Shown here piece by piece: positions 1 to 14,213 of a stretch of DNA of 64,000 bases. A model generated the notes under the pieces. It had not been told where the DNA came from. It ran no database searches and saw nothing but the letters and a program-made list of their open reading frames with translations. Where the stretch lies: contig OX597831.1 in NCBI GenBank assembly GCA_951406725.2, positions 28,334,001 to 28,398,000 on the forward strand, written 5' to 3'. Every line of letters begins with the position of its first letter. Positions within the stretch are counted from its first letter, which is position 1. Source of the stretch: Octopus vulgaris (taxonomy: Eukaryota). Made by a program: the position numbers and the translations under genes.

Positions 1-10
1 CATACATACA

Positions 11-96
<86 letters not shown>

Positions 97-144
97 TGTG
101 TGTGTGTGTGTGTTTATGCATTTGTATGTTTTTATTTATATATA

Positions 145-1015
145 TTAACTTCAAAACTAAGCTGAAAAATTCCAAGAAAACTTCAAAAGTGAAGAGTGGA
201 CAGCAATTTGAGACTTCATCCAAGAAGCTGCTGAGAATATCATTGGTTTCATGAAAAGGAAGATCAAGGATTATTTCGATGAAAGCGACGAAGAAATCTC
301 AAACGTCATCAATGTTAAAAGAGATGCTGACGTATCCTTTCAAGAAGATCCCATTTCAAACGAAGAAAAACGCTGCCAAGATCTCAAAACAATTATGTCA
401 AACGTTGGTCAGAGAGATTCAAAACAAGTGGTAGATAGAAAAGGCCATTAAGCTTCAACGATGTGCAGACGCCAGGGGCCTTAGAAATCTCTACACCGGT
501 ACTAAAAATAACTACACGGCATATCCCAAGCTTTAGCGTGTTCTTTGAAGGCTGCCGACGATGGCAACATTCTTACTGACAACCAAAAATATCCCGAGCC
601 TCTGGAAGGAATTCTTGAGCACTTTTCCAAACAGGAGCTTAACAGAAGCGGAAGAGTTTCTTAGAAGAGTACTTCAACATTCTCCTCACCTGTGGATGTC
701 GAACTCCACATTTTTTCGTGAATTCAGAAATGCCATCGAAAAGATGAAGTCACTTGATCCAGACAAAATCCTACTGGAATTTATAGAAAATGGTGGTCAG
801 TCTTTAAGAACAATGCTAAATAGTAACTACATATATAAAGAATTCCCTGATAGTTACTTTCTTTAAGAACGGAGATCACAGCATTTGTGGGAGCTATCGT
901 GGCTTATCTCTCCTATCCATCCTGGGAAAAGTTCTCTACCAGAAAACTGCCCAGCTGTTTTCTAGTTATCTCGAAGAAAGTGTTGCTGGAATCTAACTCT
1001 GGGTTTCGAGCCTCT
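145..1015 (+). mobile_element. Decayed RTE-clade (BovB-like) LINE fragment: linker and start of RT
   Basis: Broken frames read RKIKDYFDESDEEI (ORF 251-451), KNGDHSICGSYRGLSLLSILGKVL (~865-935; cf. RTE KGDRSDCGNYRGISLLS..GK) and LLESNSGFRA (cf. LPESQCGFR). Several stops and frameshifts. Confidence 0.75.
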
Positions 1016-1474
1016 AGCCAGGGTTTGACCACAGTCTTTAGCGGCTTCACATGAATTTAAACCTGATTAAGTCTAAGGCCCTGTTCAAATACATGGGCGT
1101 GAATTCCAGCGTGCGGCCGCAGTCAGAACACTTGCTTTATCCCCTCTTGCTGGCCACGGCTTCATAGTCTCTGTTGCAGCTGCCCACTCCACGTCTCACA
1201 TCCTTTACGGTGTTGACAGAACATTGAATAGCAGTCGTGACGCCAGCATTTTGGTACCCGGCGTAAATCATCAAGATGCAGATACCTCTTTTCTAATACT
1301 CACTCCTCCTTGTCAGCTAACACTTCCTAACAACAACCCTAATCGTTATGCTCTTCAACACCGTTGATGGTTCACAATACATCAAGCTGTTCCTGAAAAA
1401 AGCCCCTAAAAAACAGGAGATTAAAAAATCGTCAAATTTAGCCCTGTAGTGTTGTATGGTACAGCTGCGGTAGC

Positions 1475-1886
1475 CTTTATTGCCCACAAAGGGCTAAACA
1501 TAGAGAGGAAAAACAAGGACAGACAAAGGGATTATGTTGATTACATCGACCCCAGTGCGTAACTGGTACTTATTTAATCGACCCCGAAAGGATGAAAGGC
1601 AAAGTCGACCTTGGTGGAATTTGAACTCAGAACGTAGCGGCAGACGAAATACCTATTTCTTTACTACCCACAAGGGGCTAAACATAGAGGGGACAAACAA
1701 GGACAGACATAGGTATTAAGTCGATTGTATCGACCCCAGTGCGTAACTGGTACTTATTTAATCGACCCCGAAAGGATGAAAGGCAAAGTCGACCTCGATG
1801 GAATTTGAACTCAGAACGTAAACACAGACGAACTACCGCTAAGCATTTCTTCCGGCGTGCTAACGTTTCTGCCAGCTCCCCACCTT
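1475..1886 (-). mobile_element. tRNA-derived SINE family A, head plus duplicated 3' portion
   Basis: Reverse complement of the GAGCTGGCAGAAACGTTAG...GAGTTCAAATTCC...TTTCATCCTTTCGGGGTCGAT element also seen at 13236 and 28559; A/B-box-like head. Confidence 0.9.
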
Positions 1887-2683
1887 AGGAATATCTGTGT
1901 ATCTTAGGTAGACGTTAGATTTATTACTCAAAGGCAACAACATTTTCCAAATATTCTAAATGTATGCCTGTATGAATATCTTGGTTGATTTAGTTATTGC
2001 TTGGTCCTTCCTTCCGGTACCCCGTGGAGGTAGGAAGGGCTGCTGCTGCTATTGCTGTCAATGATCATGTTGCAATTGGAGTTACCGTTGTTATTCTTGT
2101 TGTTGTTGTTGTTGTTGTTCTCCAACGTTTAAACATGATGACAGAAGCATAAATATTTAAAAGGAAACATTTTCAAGAGAAAGAAAGAAGGAAAGAAAAC
2201 GAGAGAAGAAGAAGAGAGAGAGAGAAGGAGAGAGAAAAACGCGTGAGAGAAAGAAAGATAGAGAGAAAAAAAGAAAGAGAGAGACAACCCCTTTCACACT
2301 TAAAAAAAAAATACAAGAAAAAAATCCGATTAAAGCAACAGGGAAACTGAAAAAGTAATGGAAAACATCCCTAATGTATTTGTTGGTGTATATAGTCGCC
2401 ATCTTAACAAGATTGGATGGAGTTTTGTTTAGATAGCTTTAAAGTATCCAAAATGTCGGACACAAACATTAAAGCAAGATTGTTTAACATATGTGTAATA
2501 TATATTTAATGAAAAGCACTTGTGCCGAGCATTGCGTGTTCATTTTATGTGAAGTAAGTTTATAAGTGACGTGTGGGTGTCCTGTTTATCAGCTGAACCG
2601 ACACAGCATGGCTAGCAATAAACATGTCGACAGCTTTACAGCCATGTGTTTAATAAATATATATTTAACTTTATTATTGAATT

Positions 2684-3069
2684 GTGGAGGCGCAATGGCC
2701 CAGTGGTTAGGGCAGCGGACTCGCGGTCGTAGGATCGCGGTTTCGATTCCCAGACCGGGCATTGTGAGTGTTTATTGAGCGAAAACACCTAAAGCTCCAC
2801 GAGGTTCCTGCAGGGGGTGGTGATGAATCCTGCTGTACTCTTTCACCACAACTTTCTCTCACTCTTTCTTCCTGTTTCTGTTGTACCTGTATTTCAAAGG
2901 GCCAGCCTTGTCACGCTCTGTGTCACGCTGAATCTCCCCGAGAACTACGTTAAGGGTACACGTGTCTGTGGAGTGCTCAGCCACTTACACGTTAATTTCA
3001 CGAGCAGGCTGTTCCGTTGATCGTATCAGCTGGGACCCTCATCGTCGTAACCGACGGAGTGCTCCTATA
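2684..3069 (+). mobile_element. tRNA-derived SINE family C, full length with 12-bp TSD
   Basis: A box TGGCCCAGTGG and B box GGTTTCGATTCC; TATTATTGAATT flanks both sides (2672-2683, 3070-3081). Confidence 0.9.
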
Positions 3070-3756
3070 TATTATTGAATTACACCCTTGTCGTCTAACC
3101 ACAGGAAATTTCAGCAACTTAGAATGAGGATCAAATAGAGTTTCTTCTTTCAATCAAGTCTCATCAGTGTTTATCTTCTTCGGTTCCACAAGAAATCACG
3201 TATAAATATTGTAGAGCTACAACTAAGCATAGTATCATTGAATACATTAAGTTGTGTTAGTCGCAGCAGTTTTATTTACATTTTCTCTAAGTTGTTCCCT
3301 ACTTCAGCTTCGCAGACAAAGATATGCGATTTCTGATGAGACTTTAAAAAAGAGCGAAATTATCCACATTTTATACAGCCCAAAGACTCTGATTTAATTC
3401 CTTAATCTACTTTCACGATGAGACTCAATATAGACTAATTATACATGTCTTGCTTTCACAGGGACTCAAATTAAGCTAATTTTTAATCCTGATAACATTT
3501 TAAAAAAATGAATTTAAATTAACAATATTGTACCTGGTTAACCAAGCTAGCAAGATGCTGGAAAACAGTGTTCTGCTGTCTCAAGATCAGAATAAGAATC
3601 AATCAGTTTCGCTTCATTAAAGTATGTACCAAATCCAGGTTATATATATCAATTCGGTGGCAAGAAAACTCAAATTCGCAATGTACCAAACTGGAACATT
3701 AAAATACGTAATATTGGTAAACCTAAAAAAAACCCAATAATAATAATAATAATAAT

Positions 3757-3928
3757 ATAGTATGTGCATTAGGCATGATAAAAAAATATTCAGACAAATA
3801 CATAACAAAAACACCAGGACTTACAAACACATATAACATACAATGTATACTATGAGTTTCTTTGCCCTAGGAGTCGGGAAGACACTCGGCAAGAAATGGA
3901 AGCAAATTTGAAAGAAGAAAAAAAAAGC
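3757..3928 (+). mobile_element. Dong/R4 LINE fragments between (AAT)n tracts
   Basis: 3757-3840 nearly identical to the ALGMIKKYSDKYITKTPG-coding stretch at ~4850-4930; 3850-3928 resembles the reverse complement of ~22695-22765. Confidence 0.7.
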
Positions 3929-4377
<449 letters not shown>

Positions 4378-4396
4378 AATAATAATAATAATAATA

Positions 4397-4437
<41 letters not shown>

Positions 4438-4444
4438 AATAAAA

Positions 4445-4745
4445 ATGCTCTGATGCAGTACCAGGCAGTGGCTCTCGTGGCTTCTGATCTTAACTGAATG
4501 GAAGTGTTATCATGTACATTGTTTTGTCTTGGTATAAGAGATGGGCTACAGCAAATATTCTGCTCAATGCCGCAGATTTACTTGTCAGTTGTTTGACCGT
4601 AACCAGTTGAGCATGTCCTTTGATGGCCGACGATATGTGCAATCTCTGATTACAAGCAGAAGTAATGGGGGAGCATCATGGCCGTGTGTTAAAAGGAATT
4701 CTTAGAGGTTTGGATAATTCACCTTTGGAAACATGGGTGCTTCGA
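4445..4745 (+). mobile_element. 5' part of a non-coding (AAT)n-associated element, fused to a Dong ORF tail
   Basis: Matches 27035-27335; switches abruptly to Dong coding sequence at ~4746. Confidence 0.8.
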
Positions 4746-5090
4746 AACAACGTGTCTCTAAAAGAAATGGAGAAACTCTCAAAATACAAAGACCTGGAAA
4801 TAGAGGTAACTAGAATGTGGAATCTGAAAGCAGAAATAATTCCTATCATAGTAGGTGCATTAGGCATGATAAAAAAATATTCAGACAAATACATAACAAA
4901 AACACCAGGACTTACAAACACATATAACATACAGAAAATTGCACTACTAGGCACTGCACACATCCTACGCAGAACACTTTCCATACAATAACCATCAGAG
5001 CATCACAACAAATCACAGCACATACCCAAGGCACACAGAGCTGCGCTCGGTAGTGAAGTGAAAGCACGCTATAAAAATAAAACTACTGAA
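4746..5090 (+). mobile_element. Dong/R4 LINE 3' end, second family (RLE C-terminus and 3' UTR)
   Basis: EKLSKYKDLEIEVTRMWNLK...PIIVGALG...TAHILRRTLSIQ*, homologous to the C-terminus of ORF 23108-24823. Confidence 0.9.
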
Positions 5091-5108
5091 CAATAATAAT
5101 AATAATAA

Positions 5109-5540
5109 GAGAAATTAAGGCCAACAGACCAGATATAGTTGTCAGAGATCATGAAGAAAAAAATGCTTTCTAATTGATGTATCAATACCGGCAGATGACA
5201 ACGTTTCTCTAAAAGAAATGGAGAAACTTTCAAAATACAAAGACCTGGAAATAGAGGTAACTAGAATGTGGAATCTAAAAACAGAAACAATCCATATCAT
5301 AGTAGGTGTATTAGGCATGATAAAAAAATATTCAGATGAATACATAACAAAAACACCAGGACTTACAAACACATATAACATACAGAAAATTGCACTACTA
5401 GGCACTGCACACATCCTACGTAGAACACTTTCCATACAATAACCATCAGAGCATCACAACAAATCACAGCACATACCCAAGGCACACAGAGCTGCGCTCG
5501 GTAGTGAAGTGAAAGCACGCTATAAAAATAAAACTACTGA
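5109..5540 (+). mobile_element. Dong/R4 LINE 3' end, tandem second copy
   Basis: Reads EIKANRPDIVVRDHEEKKCFLIDVSIP...EKLSKYKDL (RLE RPD..D..K motif); 3' part near-identical to 4746-5090; followed by (AAT)n. Confidence 0.9.
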
Positions 5541-5600
5541 ATAATGATAATAATAATAATAATAATAATAATGATAATAATAATAATAATAATAATAATG

Positions 5601-5661
<61 letters not shown>

Positions 5662-5675
5662 TGATGATGATGATG

Positions 5676-5739
<64 letters not shown>

Positions 5740-6059
5740 TAATAATAAATTCCTTGAGGCTGTACCAGGCAGATGATCTCATGGCTTCAGATCTGCAACT
5801 GACTGGAAATGTAAAAGATGGGCAACAGTAAATACCACGATTTGCTTGTCAGTTGCTTGACCTTATGTGAAGTACTCAGCCACTTATATGCTAATTTAAT
5901 AAGTAGGTCATTCAATTGATGGCATAAGCGAATCCTTGTCGAAAATGGCGGAGGGCCATTCTCATTTTAAATGTTTCGATAATGTGTGAGTATGTGTGAA
6001 ACTGTTTGTAACTGTATATGTATGTGTTCTTTTTTAATATGTCCATATGTGTTTGTTTA

Positions 6060-6275
6060 TATTGGTTTCAAATTTTGGCACAAGGCCAGCAATTTTTGGG
6101 GAGGGGTAAATCGATTGCCTCGACCTCAGTATACTACTGGTACTTATTTCATCAGCTCCGAGAGGATAAAAGACAGAATCGGCCTCGGCGGAATTTGAAC
6201 TCAGAACATGAAAATTGACGAATGCTGTTAAGCATTTTACCCAGCGCGCTAACAATTCGGCCAGCTCTTCGCCTT
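6060..6275 (-). mobile_element. SINE family A, diverged copy
   Basis: GGAATTTGAACTCAGAAC and GCCAGCTC..CGCCTT segments align with family A. Confidence 0.75.
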
Positions 6276-6416
6276 ATATGTTACCTTATATCAGTATGTG
6301 TGTATGACTGTTTATCTATACGCGTATGTAAGTGTGTGCATCGTCATGGGCATGTGGCTTTATATATGTGTGTGAGTGAGTGTGAGTGCTTGTGTGTAGT
6401 TTGTGTATGTACGTAT

Positions 6417-6800
6417 ACTCTTTTACTCTTTTACTTGTTTCAGTCATTTGACTGCGGCCATGCTGGAGCACCGCCTTTAGTCGAGCAAATAGACCCCGGG
6501 ACTTATTTTTGGTAAGCCCAGTACTTATTCTATCGGTCTCTTTTGCCGAACCGCTAGGTGACGGGGACGTAAACACACCAGCATCGGTTGTCAAGCAATG
6601 CTAGGGGGACAAACACACACACAAACACACACACACACATACATATATACATATATACGACAGGCTTCTTTCAGTTTCCGTCTACCAAATCCACTCACAA
6701 GGCTTTGGTCGGTCCGGGGCTATAGCAGAAGACACTTGCCCAAGGTGCCACGCAGTGGGACTGAACCCGGGACCATGTGGTTGGTTAGCAAGCTACTTAC
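6417..6800 (-). mobile_element. tRNA-derived SINE family B (CORE-like CCTTGGGCAAG segment, internal microsatellite, (AAGAGTA)n tail)
   Basis: Minus-strand head GGAGTGGCTGTGTGGTAAG...GGTTCAGTCCC; near-identical copies at 16357, 57656, 62494 and 63123. Confidence 0.9.
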
Positions 6801-6841
6801 CACACAGCCACTCCCTTGCCTATGTATGTTTTCATATATTA

Positions 6842-7101
6842 AAATAAAATAAATGCGCCCTTTTAAAGCCTAGCCAGGCTCATGGGCCCGGTTTCCCCGT
6901 TTCAATGGCGTGTGTGTTCCCCAGCTGGACGGGGCGCCCGTCCATCGCAGCGTTACTCATTTTTGCCTGCTGAGTGGACGGGAGCAACGTGAAATGAAGT
7001 GTTTTGCTCAAGAACACAACGCGTCGCCAGGTCCAGGAATCGAAACTACAATCTTACGATCATGATGCTGACATCCTAACCACTAAACCACGTGCCTCCA
7101 C
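6842..7101 (-). mobile_element. tRNA-derived SINE family D (V-domain-like core)
   Basis: Minus-strand A box TGGTTTAGTGG and B box GTTTCGATTCC; CTGCGATGGACGGGCGCCCCGTCCAG resembles the V-SINE domain; second copy at 37101. Confidence 0.85.
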
Positions 7102-7542
7102 TTTCTTATCTTAATGTTTGTATTCTTTTTAGTGGATATGTGCGCGTATGTGACTGTGTTTCCATGTGTATGTTATCCTCTGTGTGTGTATGTGTGTGTA
7201 TGTGTGTGTGCGTGTGCGTGTGTGAGTGTGTATGCCTGTGTGTATGTAATTAATCTGCTTTCTAGTGCAACATTGAACGGGCATCAGGTTAGGGAGAGTG
7301 CAATGAGAGGATTAAATGCAGAACAAGGAAAACCGAGCATCACACACAATGGGTGGAGTGTATTCTTGTGCACGTGTGTATGTGTGTGAGTGTGATGTTA
7401 TTGTTTACTGTACACAGAGCTGGTTGGAGAAGCGGGAGATTGTGTGGTGGTGGTGGTGGTGATAGGTAGGCTTTGGCGGAGGGAAGAAGTGAAAGAGATA
7501 GAGAATCGATATGTGTAACAGAGCCAGAAAGTTGATGAGGTA

Positions 7543-7605
<63 letters not shown>

Positions 7606-7717
7606 AATATATATATGTATATATGTGTGTGTGTGTGTTTACATGCATAGATGCATATATGCCTATATATATATCTGCATACATATACACAAGATTATAT
7701 ACATATATTTGCATAAA

Positions 7718-7762
<45 letters not shown>

Positions 7763-7819
7763 GTATATATATGTATATATATATATATAATGTATATATA
7801 TATATGTCTGTCTATCTAG

Positions 7820-7863
<44 letters not shown>

Positions 7864-8002
7864 ATATGTATATCTATCTATATATGTATATGTATGTATA
7901 TATGTATATATGTATATATATATATATGTATGTTTGTATGTTTATATGAATGTATAATTACGTGTGTGTATTTGTGTGTATATATGTGTGTGCATATATA
8001 TA

Positions 8003-8061
<59 letters not shown>

Positions 8062-8354
8062 AGTTTATGTACTTATACACAAACACACACACATAATATA
8101 TATATATACATATACATACATACATACATACATACATACATACGTAAAGTATGCATAGAGTAGATCTACAGTGGGTGAACTACAGTGGGTGAAGGGCCAG
8201 GGGTCCCCTGCCACTTATCAAAACAATTCAATAAGTACATTGGCACAAGAATCTATACAGTGTGACACTGTAGCACTGATGGTAATTAACATATATTTAT
8301 ATTCACAAATGTCCATCATATCTGTATGCATGTTTTTATGTATTTATGTGTATG

Positions 8355-8460
<106 letters not shown>

Positions 8461-8862
8461 TGTAAATATCATATGATATCATATGCTATATCAGATGTGT
8501 AAATGCTAATGTACTTAGAAGCAAAAGAAAAAGAAGCAGTCAATACTCAAAGAGTTCTTGGATTTCGGATCAAATCACAAATAACGTAAATGGTATCGAT
8601 TATTTTTTTTATCTATAATCCCTATGTAAAGAGATGTATTCCCTTGATTTTTTTTGTCTTGGATTTTATCGTAATAAAGTTTATACCATTCTGCTTTACG
8701 ATATCAATTCTTGTAAACCAGAAACATATATACCCACGCCCTCGTATAGTCACCCACGCAGCGATGCCTGAAGATATCAATAAGATCCAGCATTATAATG
8801 AAATATAAACAGTAATTTTTTGTAAATGCTTCCTATATTTTCGTGCGTGGTGGAACACACAC

Positions 8863-8930
<68 letters not shown>

Positions 8931-8967
8931 ACACACAGGTATGTACACATGCACCCGGACACGCACA

Positions 8968-9007
<40 letters not shown>

Positions 9008-9008
<1 letters not shown>

Positions 9009-9384
9009 TAGCAGTATCGCCCGGCGTTGCTCGGGTTTGTTTCGACCCTTTAGAATTGAAATTTTTGAAAAGTAAAAATTTTGCATTATGTAGCTTGTTA
9101 TTCTCTTTAAGTGAACATTTTTCTGGTTGGAATACACCGAAAAATGGCGACACAGCAGTCAAAAAATCGTAAAAAATAGGGATTTTCACAGAAAAAAGCA
9201 CCTTTTTGATGTAAATAATTTTTGGTGTGAACATGGTCCGATTTGAACTTTTTCTTCTACGGAAGGAAGAGCAAGCCTTCTATCATAATCTCAATTTTGG
9301 TCAACTTGCGTCGCAGGGTCTCGGAGGAGAGAGTGTTAGTTGAAGGCTACCAAACCTGCCATACACAGACAACTTCAGCTTTAT
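9008..9384 (-). mobile_element. Non-autonomous Helitron
   Basis: On the minus strand, hairpin CCCGAGCAACGCCGGG (9020-9035) lies 8 nt before terminal CTAG (9008-9011) followed by T, the canonical Helitron 3' end. The 5' boundary is approximate. Confidence 0.7.
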
Positions 9385-11085
9385 GATCCTCGAATTCATA
9401 GAAATTTTTGTAACGATATATATCTTTGTAACGATATATATACGCTTATGACACCATGGGTCTTTATGAACGTACCAACGGCGTAAGCACTGCTGCACTC
9501 AAAACGGGTGTCAGAATAAGACTATTACGTAACTCCATTCGTTTTCTGTTTTCTTTTTTCTTCCGCGCTCTGTATTTTGTATTCCATGTAAATGTATGCT
9601 TTAAGTCTACTTGTGTTCACCTGCATTTCTACTACTTTCCTTTATGTATGTATGTATGTATGTATGTATGTATGTATGTATGTATGTATGTATGTATGTA
9701 TGTATGTATGTATGTATGTGTGTATGTATGTATGTATGTCTGTCTGTCTGTATGTATGTATGCGTGTGTGTATGTGTGTATGCATGTATGTGTGCATGTA
9801 TGTATGTGTGTATCTATGTATGCATGTATGTATATATGCATGCATGTATGTATGCATGTATGTACGTATGTATGTATCTCTGTATGTATGTGTGTGTGTA
9901 TGTATGCATGTATGTATGTATGTATTATATATGTCAGCATATATAATATATACATGCATGCATGTATGTATGTATTATGTATGTATATAATAATATATGT
10001 CTGTATGTATGCATGTATGTATGTATGTATGTATGCATGTGTGTGTGTGTGTATATTCGCAGATATATGTATGATATAAATATAGACACTGATGTGTATA
10101 TTATATATATAAACGATTGCAGCGTGGAAGGGATTTATAAGCCATACACACACATGCATAAACATGCGTATATACCGACACCCATGTGTATGTATAAGTG
10201 TGCGTGTGCGTGTGAATAATAATTACGGTTCCTAGGCTATGTCCTCCTGATTATACATCAATAACTGGTTGACCATAATGAGTTTCTTTCCTGTTAGCCA
10301 TTATTAGTCTTTGCCAAAACTCCTCTCTACTAAGTAAATATGGCAGCCGACAGCCAAAGAGGAAATCTTGTTCCGCTGACAGGTTATAAAGACTATTTCA
10401 TGCGTTTGTTGTTAATTTTGTGTGAAGATAATTTCTCAAAGTTGCCAAACTGACACTAAATTAACCAAACTACCCTGTATGTGGCGCTTGTGTTCTGTAA
10501 ACTGTCTTTCACATCGATAGTTGTGAAAATTTTACTTTTACACCGAGTTAGCAATATTTTTCGATAGCGGCAAGACGAACAAGGAAAGAAGCCAAGTGAC
10601 GCCGTTTTTGTTCTATAAATGATGATGATGATGATGACAATAATGGTGATTAGCTTTCCTCCTCCCCTCCCTCTTCCCCTTCCTTTTCCCCTTCCTCCTC
10701 CTCCTCCTCCTCCTTCTCCTCCTCCTCACTCTTCTTCTTTATCATGATCATCATCAACCTCCTTCTTCTTCTTCTTCTTCTTCTTCTTCTTCTTCTTCTT
10801 CTTCTTCTTCTTCTTCTTCTTCTTCTTCTTCTTCTTCTTCTTCGTCTTCGTCTTCGTCGTCAACGTCGTCTATTGATATCGTTGTTATTTAGTCCAAGAG
10901 AACAGAAACAGTAATATATAGCGCTCCAGCCGCGACCACCTCCAGTTTTTACTGTTACCTATGACTATATTGACTATTATATCCTTCTTTCTTTTGAAAA
11001 CAGGAAGATCTGATTACATGTACATTTGGCTGCTATTTTTCTTTTCTTTTGTTATCATCAGGGCTCTATTGTTGGAATACCATTG

Positions 11086-11256
11086 TAGAGAGATCACGTG
11101 CCCTTAGAGAAATCACGTGATTTTAGAGGGGCCACGTGATCTTAGAGAGGTTACGTGTGTTTAGAGAGATCACATATTCTTACAGAAATATCTTGTTTTT
11201 GGATAGATCAAGTGCTTATAGGGAAGTCACATGCTTTTAGCGAGATCATGATATTG
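11086..11256. repeat. 19-bp minisatellite, 9 units, consensus TAGAGAGATCACGTGnnnT
   Basis: Units counted directly; the first three keep CACGTG and later units are more decayed. Confidence 0.85.
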
Positions 11257-11879
11257 TTCGACTGTTTGAACGAGTCTTCGAGAATATCGATCGGTTAGGT
11301 TTGATACTGTTTTGGTTTCTGCGGAATTCTCTGCAGCAGCCATTAGAATTTGGAAAAATTAATGGAATTGCTCAGAATCTTAGAAAAAAAGAGACATATA
11401 TAAACAAATAAATAAATAAAAATCAACAACAATAAATAAAATAATGTAAAGAAAATACAGAAACGAAAAAAAATCGTTTCTATTTGTAGAAAGAGAGAAA
11501 AAAAGAAAAAAAATGAGAAAAAGAATTATTGTAGACTTGTTATGCTTTATAGGACATTGATAAACACTATTTTTTCCTGTGAGCTGAGGAATAGAATGGT
11601 AAGATCTAGATATCTAAAGATGCTGGTGAAACCTGCTTCTGTGTATCGGTCTCTCTCTTCCTCTTTAACTCTTTCTGGTTTAGTTTATCAGTATTCGTTG
11701 TCAGACACATTGATGCAATAATTTATAAACGCAGATACACAAATGCAGAATACACACACACACATACACACGCGCGCGCGCACAGAGAGTCAAATCGAAT
11801 AAACGAATATTAGAAGCAGCAATAGCTATCAAGAAGACGTGCACATGGAATGTGTTAGTTTGACGCTCAGTAAAAAGCG

Positions 11880-11915
11880 TTTTCGACATTTCGAGCATAG
11901 CTCCTCATCGGAAAA
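11880..11915 (-). ncRNA. Minimal type I hammerhead-like motif (CCGAUGA core) in a Penelope-like terminus
   Basis: Minus strand UUUU-CCGAUGA-G-GAGC-UAU-GCUC-GAAA-U-GUC-GAAAA; downstream CTGAGCGTCAAACTAAC resembles the tails at 41100 and 43993. Confidence 0.6.
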
Positions 11916-11982
11916 GGAAAAAAAAAATCAAAAAAGGAAAAAAATCAACCACTACATATGCAGTTACATTGTTGTATATATA

Positions 11983-12103
<121 letters not shown>

Positions 12104-12182
12104 GGAATATTATTCCAAACTTAAAGAGACAATTCAATTTAGTCATACTAAATCAAATTTCACAAAATGTAATATATGTATA

Positions 12183-12408
12183 TAAATTAGAAAAAACCCC
12201 CATCTTTTATCAATTCAACAATGAAATAATTAAATTATACCAAATAGAAAAAAATTAAATATAAGATAGAAACATATACCAATGATTAAGTAATGTACAA
12301 AATAATTAGTATATGTTTTTATCATATATTTAATTTTTGTCTATATGGTATAATTTAATTATTTCATTGTTGAATTGATAAAAGGTGGGTTTTTTTTTCT
12401 ATATTTAT
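12183..12408. repeat. ~100-bp AT-rich inverted repeat
   Basis: CCCATCTTTTATCAATTCAACAATGAAATAATTAAATTATACCA and its reverse complement TGGTATAATTTAATTATTTCATTGTTGAATTGATAAAAGGTGGG. Confidence 0.8.
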
Positions 12409-12454
12409 TGGCTAAACTGGCAAAATGACCATTCCTAAGTACAACAATATCTGG

Positions 12455-12530
<76 letters not shown>

Positions 12531-13235
12531 AAAATATTAAAGCGGGGAATTATTCCATTCAATATCATGTTTATTATAGAGATTAAGTGACAAATTATAC
12601 TTTACTTTTCTATATTTAACTGTTCGTGTATATTCCTTATTTTTGCTTCAGGTGTCTTCTGCCTTTCTCTTAGAACCGTTTACCTGGGAATTTACTTAAA
12701 GTGAAAAAAGAAAAATCGTATGCAACGGATAAGTCGTCTTAATAACATATATCTGTGTACCAGACTTTTAGCTGTTATTTTTAACACTGAGTTTTCTGGT
12801 GAGAGCTTCATTTGCCTTCATTGCCACTTGCTTCAGTAGAAATCTACGGATACACAAACGCACAAAACAGAAAACTGTAACAAATATGGACGACTTGTTC
12901 CAAAACACCCCCAAGTGGGGGACAGTTCTGAAAAATAACCCCCAATTGTTTACCCGCCAAATTCCTATATGCTCGGAATCTACATAGTCCGAGGTATATT
13001 TGTAGACAGTTTCATTAAAAAATATCCATTTTCCTGAAAGTTAAGCGAATTGAAGTGGACTCTCGTGAATTTTCCGAAAAAACCCCCACCCACCCATCCT
13101 AAAACACTTTCCCACCCAAATTTTATATATTCGGGTCTACCTGTTTCAACACATATTCGTAGAAAATGTCATAAAAAATATGCATTTTTCTGAAAGTTAT
13201 GATCAAAGTAGGTGGGTAGAAATCTGTAGTTATGC

Positions 13236-13470
13236 GGCGCGCTGGCAGAAACGTTAGCAAGCCGGGCGAAATGCGTAGCCGTATTTCGTCTGCTGTTACG
13301 TTCTGAGTTCAAATTCCGCCGAGGTCGACTTTGCCTTTCATCCTTTCGGGGTCGATAAATTAAGTACCAGTTAAACACTGGGGTCGATGTAATCGACTTA
13401 ATCCGTTTGTCTATCCTTGTTTGTCCCCTCTATGTTTAGCCCCTTGTGGGGAATAAAGAAATAAGAAATA
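13236..13470 (+). mobile_element. SINE family A with 18-bp TSD
   Basis: AGAAATCTGTAGTTATGC at 13218-13235 and 13471-13488; (AAGAAAT)n tail. Confidence 0.92.
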
Positions 13471-13839
13471 AGAAATCTGTAGTTATGCTCTGTTGACAAT
13501 TGATCAATTAAATGAAATCTCCGTATGAAGTATTTTCTCTCTCTCTCTCTCTCTTTCTCTCTCTCACGCACACTCACATAGGTAAATATCTTACACAAAT
13601 AGAAAGCCGGAGAAGAATATAAAAAATGAAAGTAACTTAGGAAATTCCTTTTTTTTTTATCAGAAATCGTCTCAACTCTAATGATGTATACATAAGTGTG
13701 TGTAAACGGCTGGTTAGGATGCCAAAAATCAGGAAGTTCAAACACAGCAAGCTGAGAAATCGATTTGAAGAAGTGAATTTTTATATATAGAGCAATATTA
13801 CTTATTTTCAAAAAACAAACAAAAAAATCAAGACCGTAT

Positions 13840-13952
13840 TATCTTTCCAAGGTCAAATTTTTCATGTATCTAAAGTATGGTACAGATTGATCCAAAGGTT
13901 TGAGCGTGTATTGAGGACACACACAAAGACAGGGTATTTTATACGATAAGAT
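13840..13952 (-). mobile_element. Probable Helitron 5' end
   Basis: Minus strand starts A|TCTTATCGTATAAAATACCCTGTCTTTGTGTGTGTCC next to (TA)n, resembling Helitron 5' termini; the 3' end was not located. Confidence 0.4.
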
Positions 13953-13969
13953 ATATATATATATATATA

Positions 13970-14168
13970 TTCTTTCAGTCTGTGGCCATGCTGGAGTACC
14001 GCCCTTTAGTCGAAGAAATCAATCCTTGGTGCTTATTCTATCGATCTCTTATGTCAAACCGCTGATTTTCGAAGACGTAAACACACCAACATCGGTTGTC
14101 AAGCAATGGTGGTAGCGATGGTGGTAGGAGGGACAAACACAGACAAACACGCACACACACACACATAA

Positions 14169-14213
<45 letters not shown>

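Noticed and set aside
3333-3365. CTGATGAG...GCGAAA as a hammerhead
   Set aside because: Stem II pairs poorly and no stem I or III can be drawn.
11086-11256. CRISPR-like array
   Set aside because: Contiguous 19-bp units without unique spacers, eukaryotic context, no cas genes.
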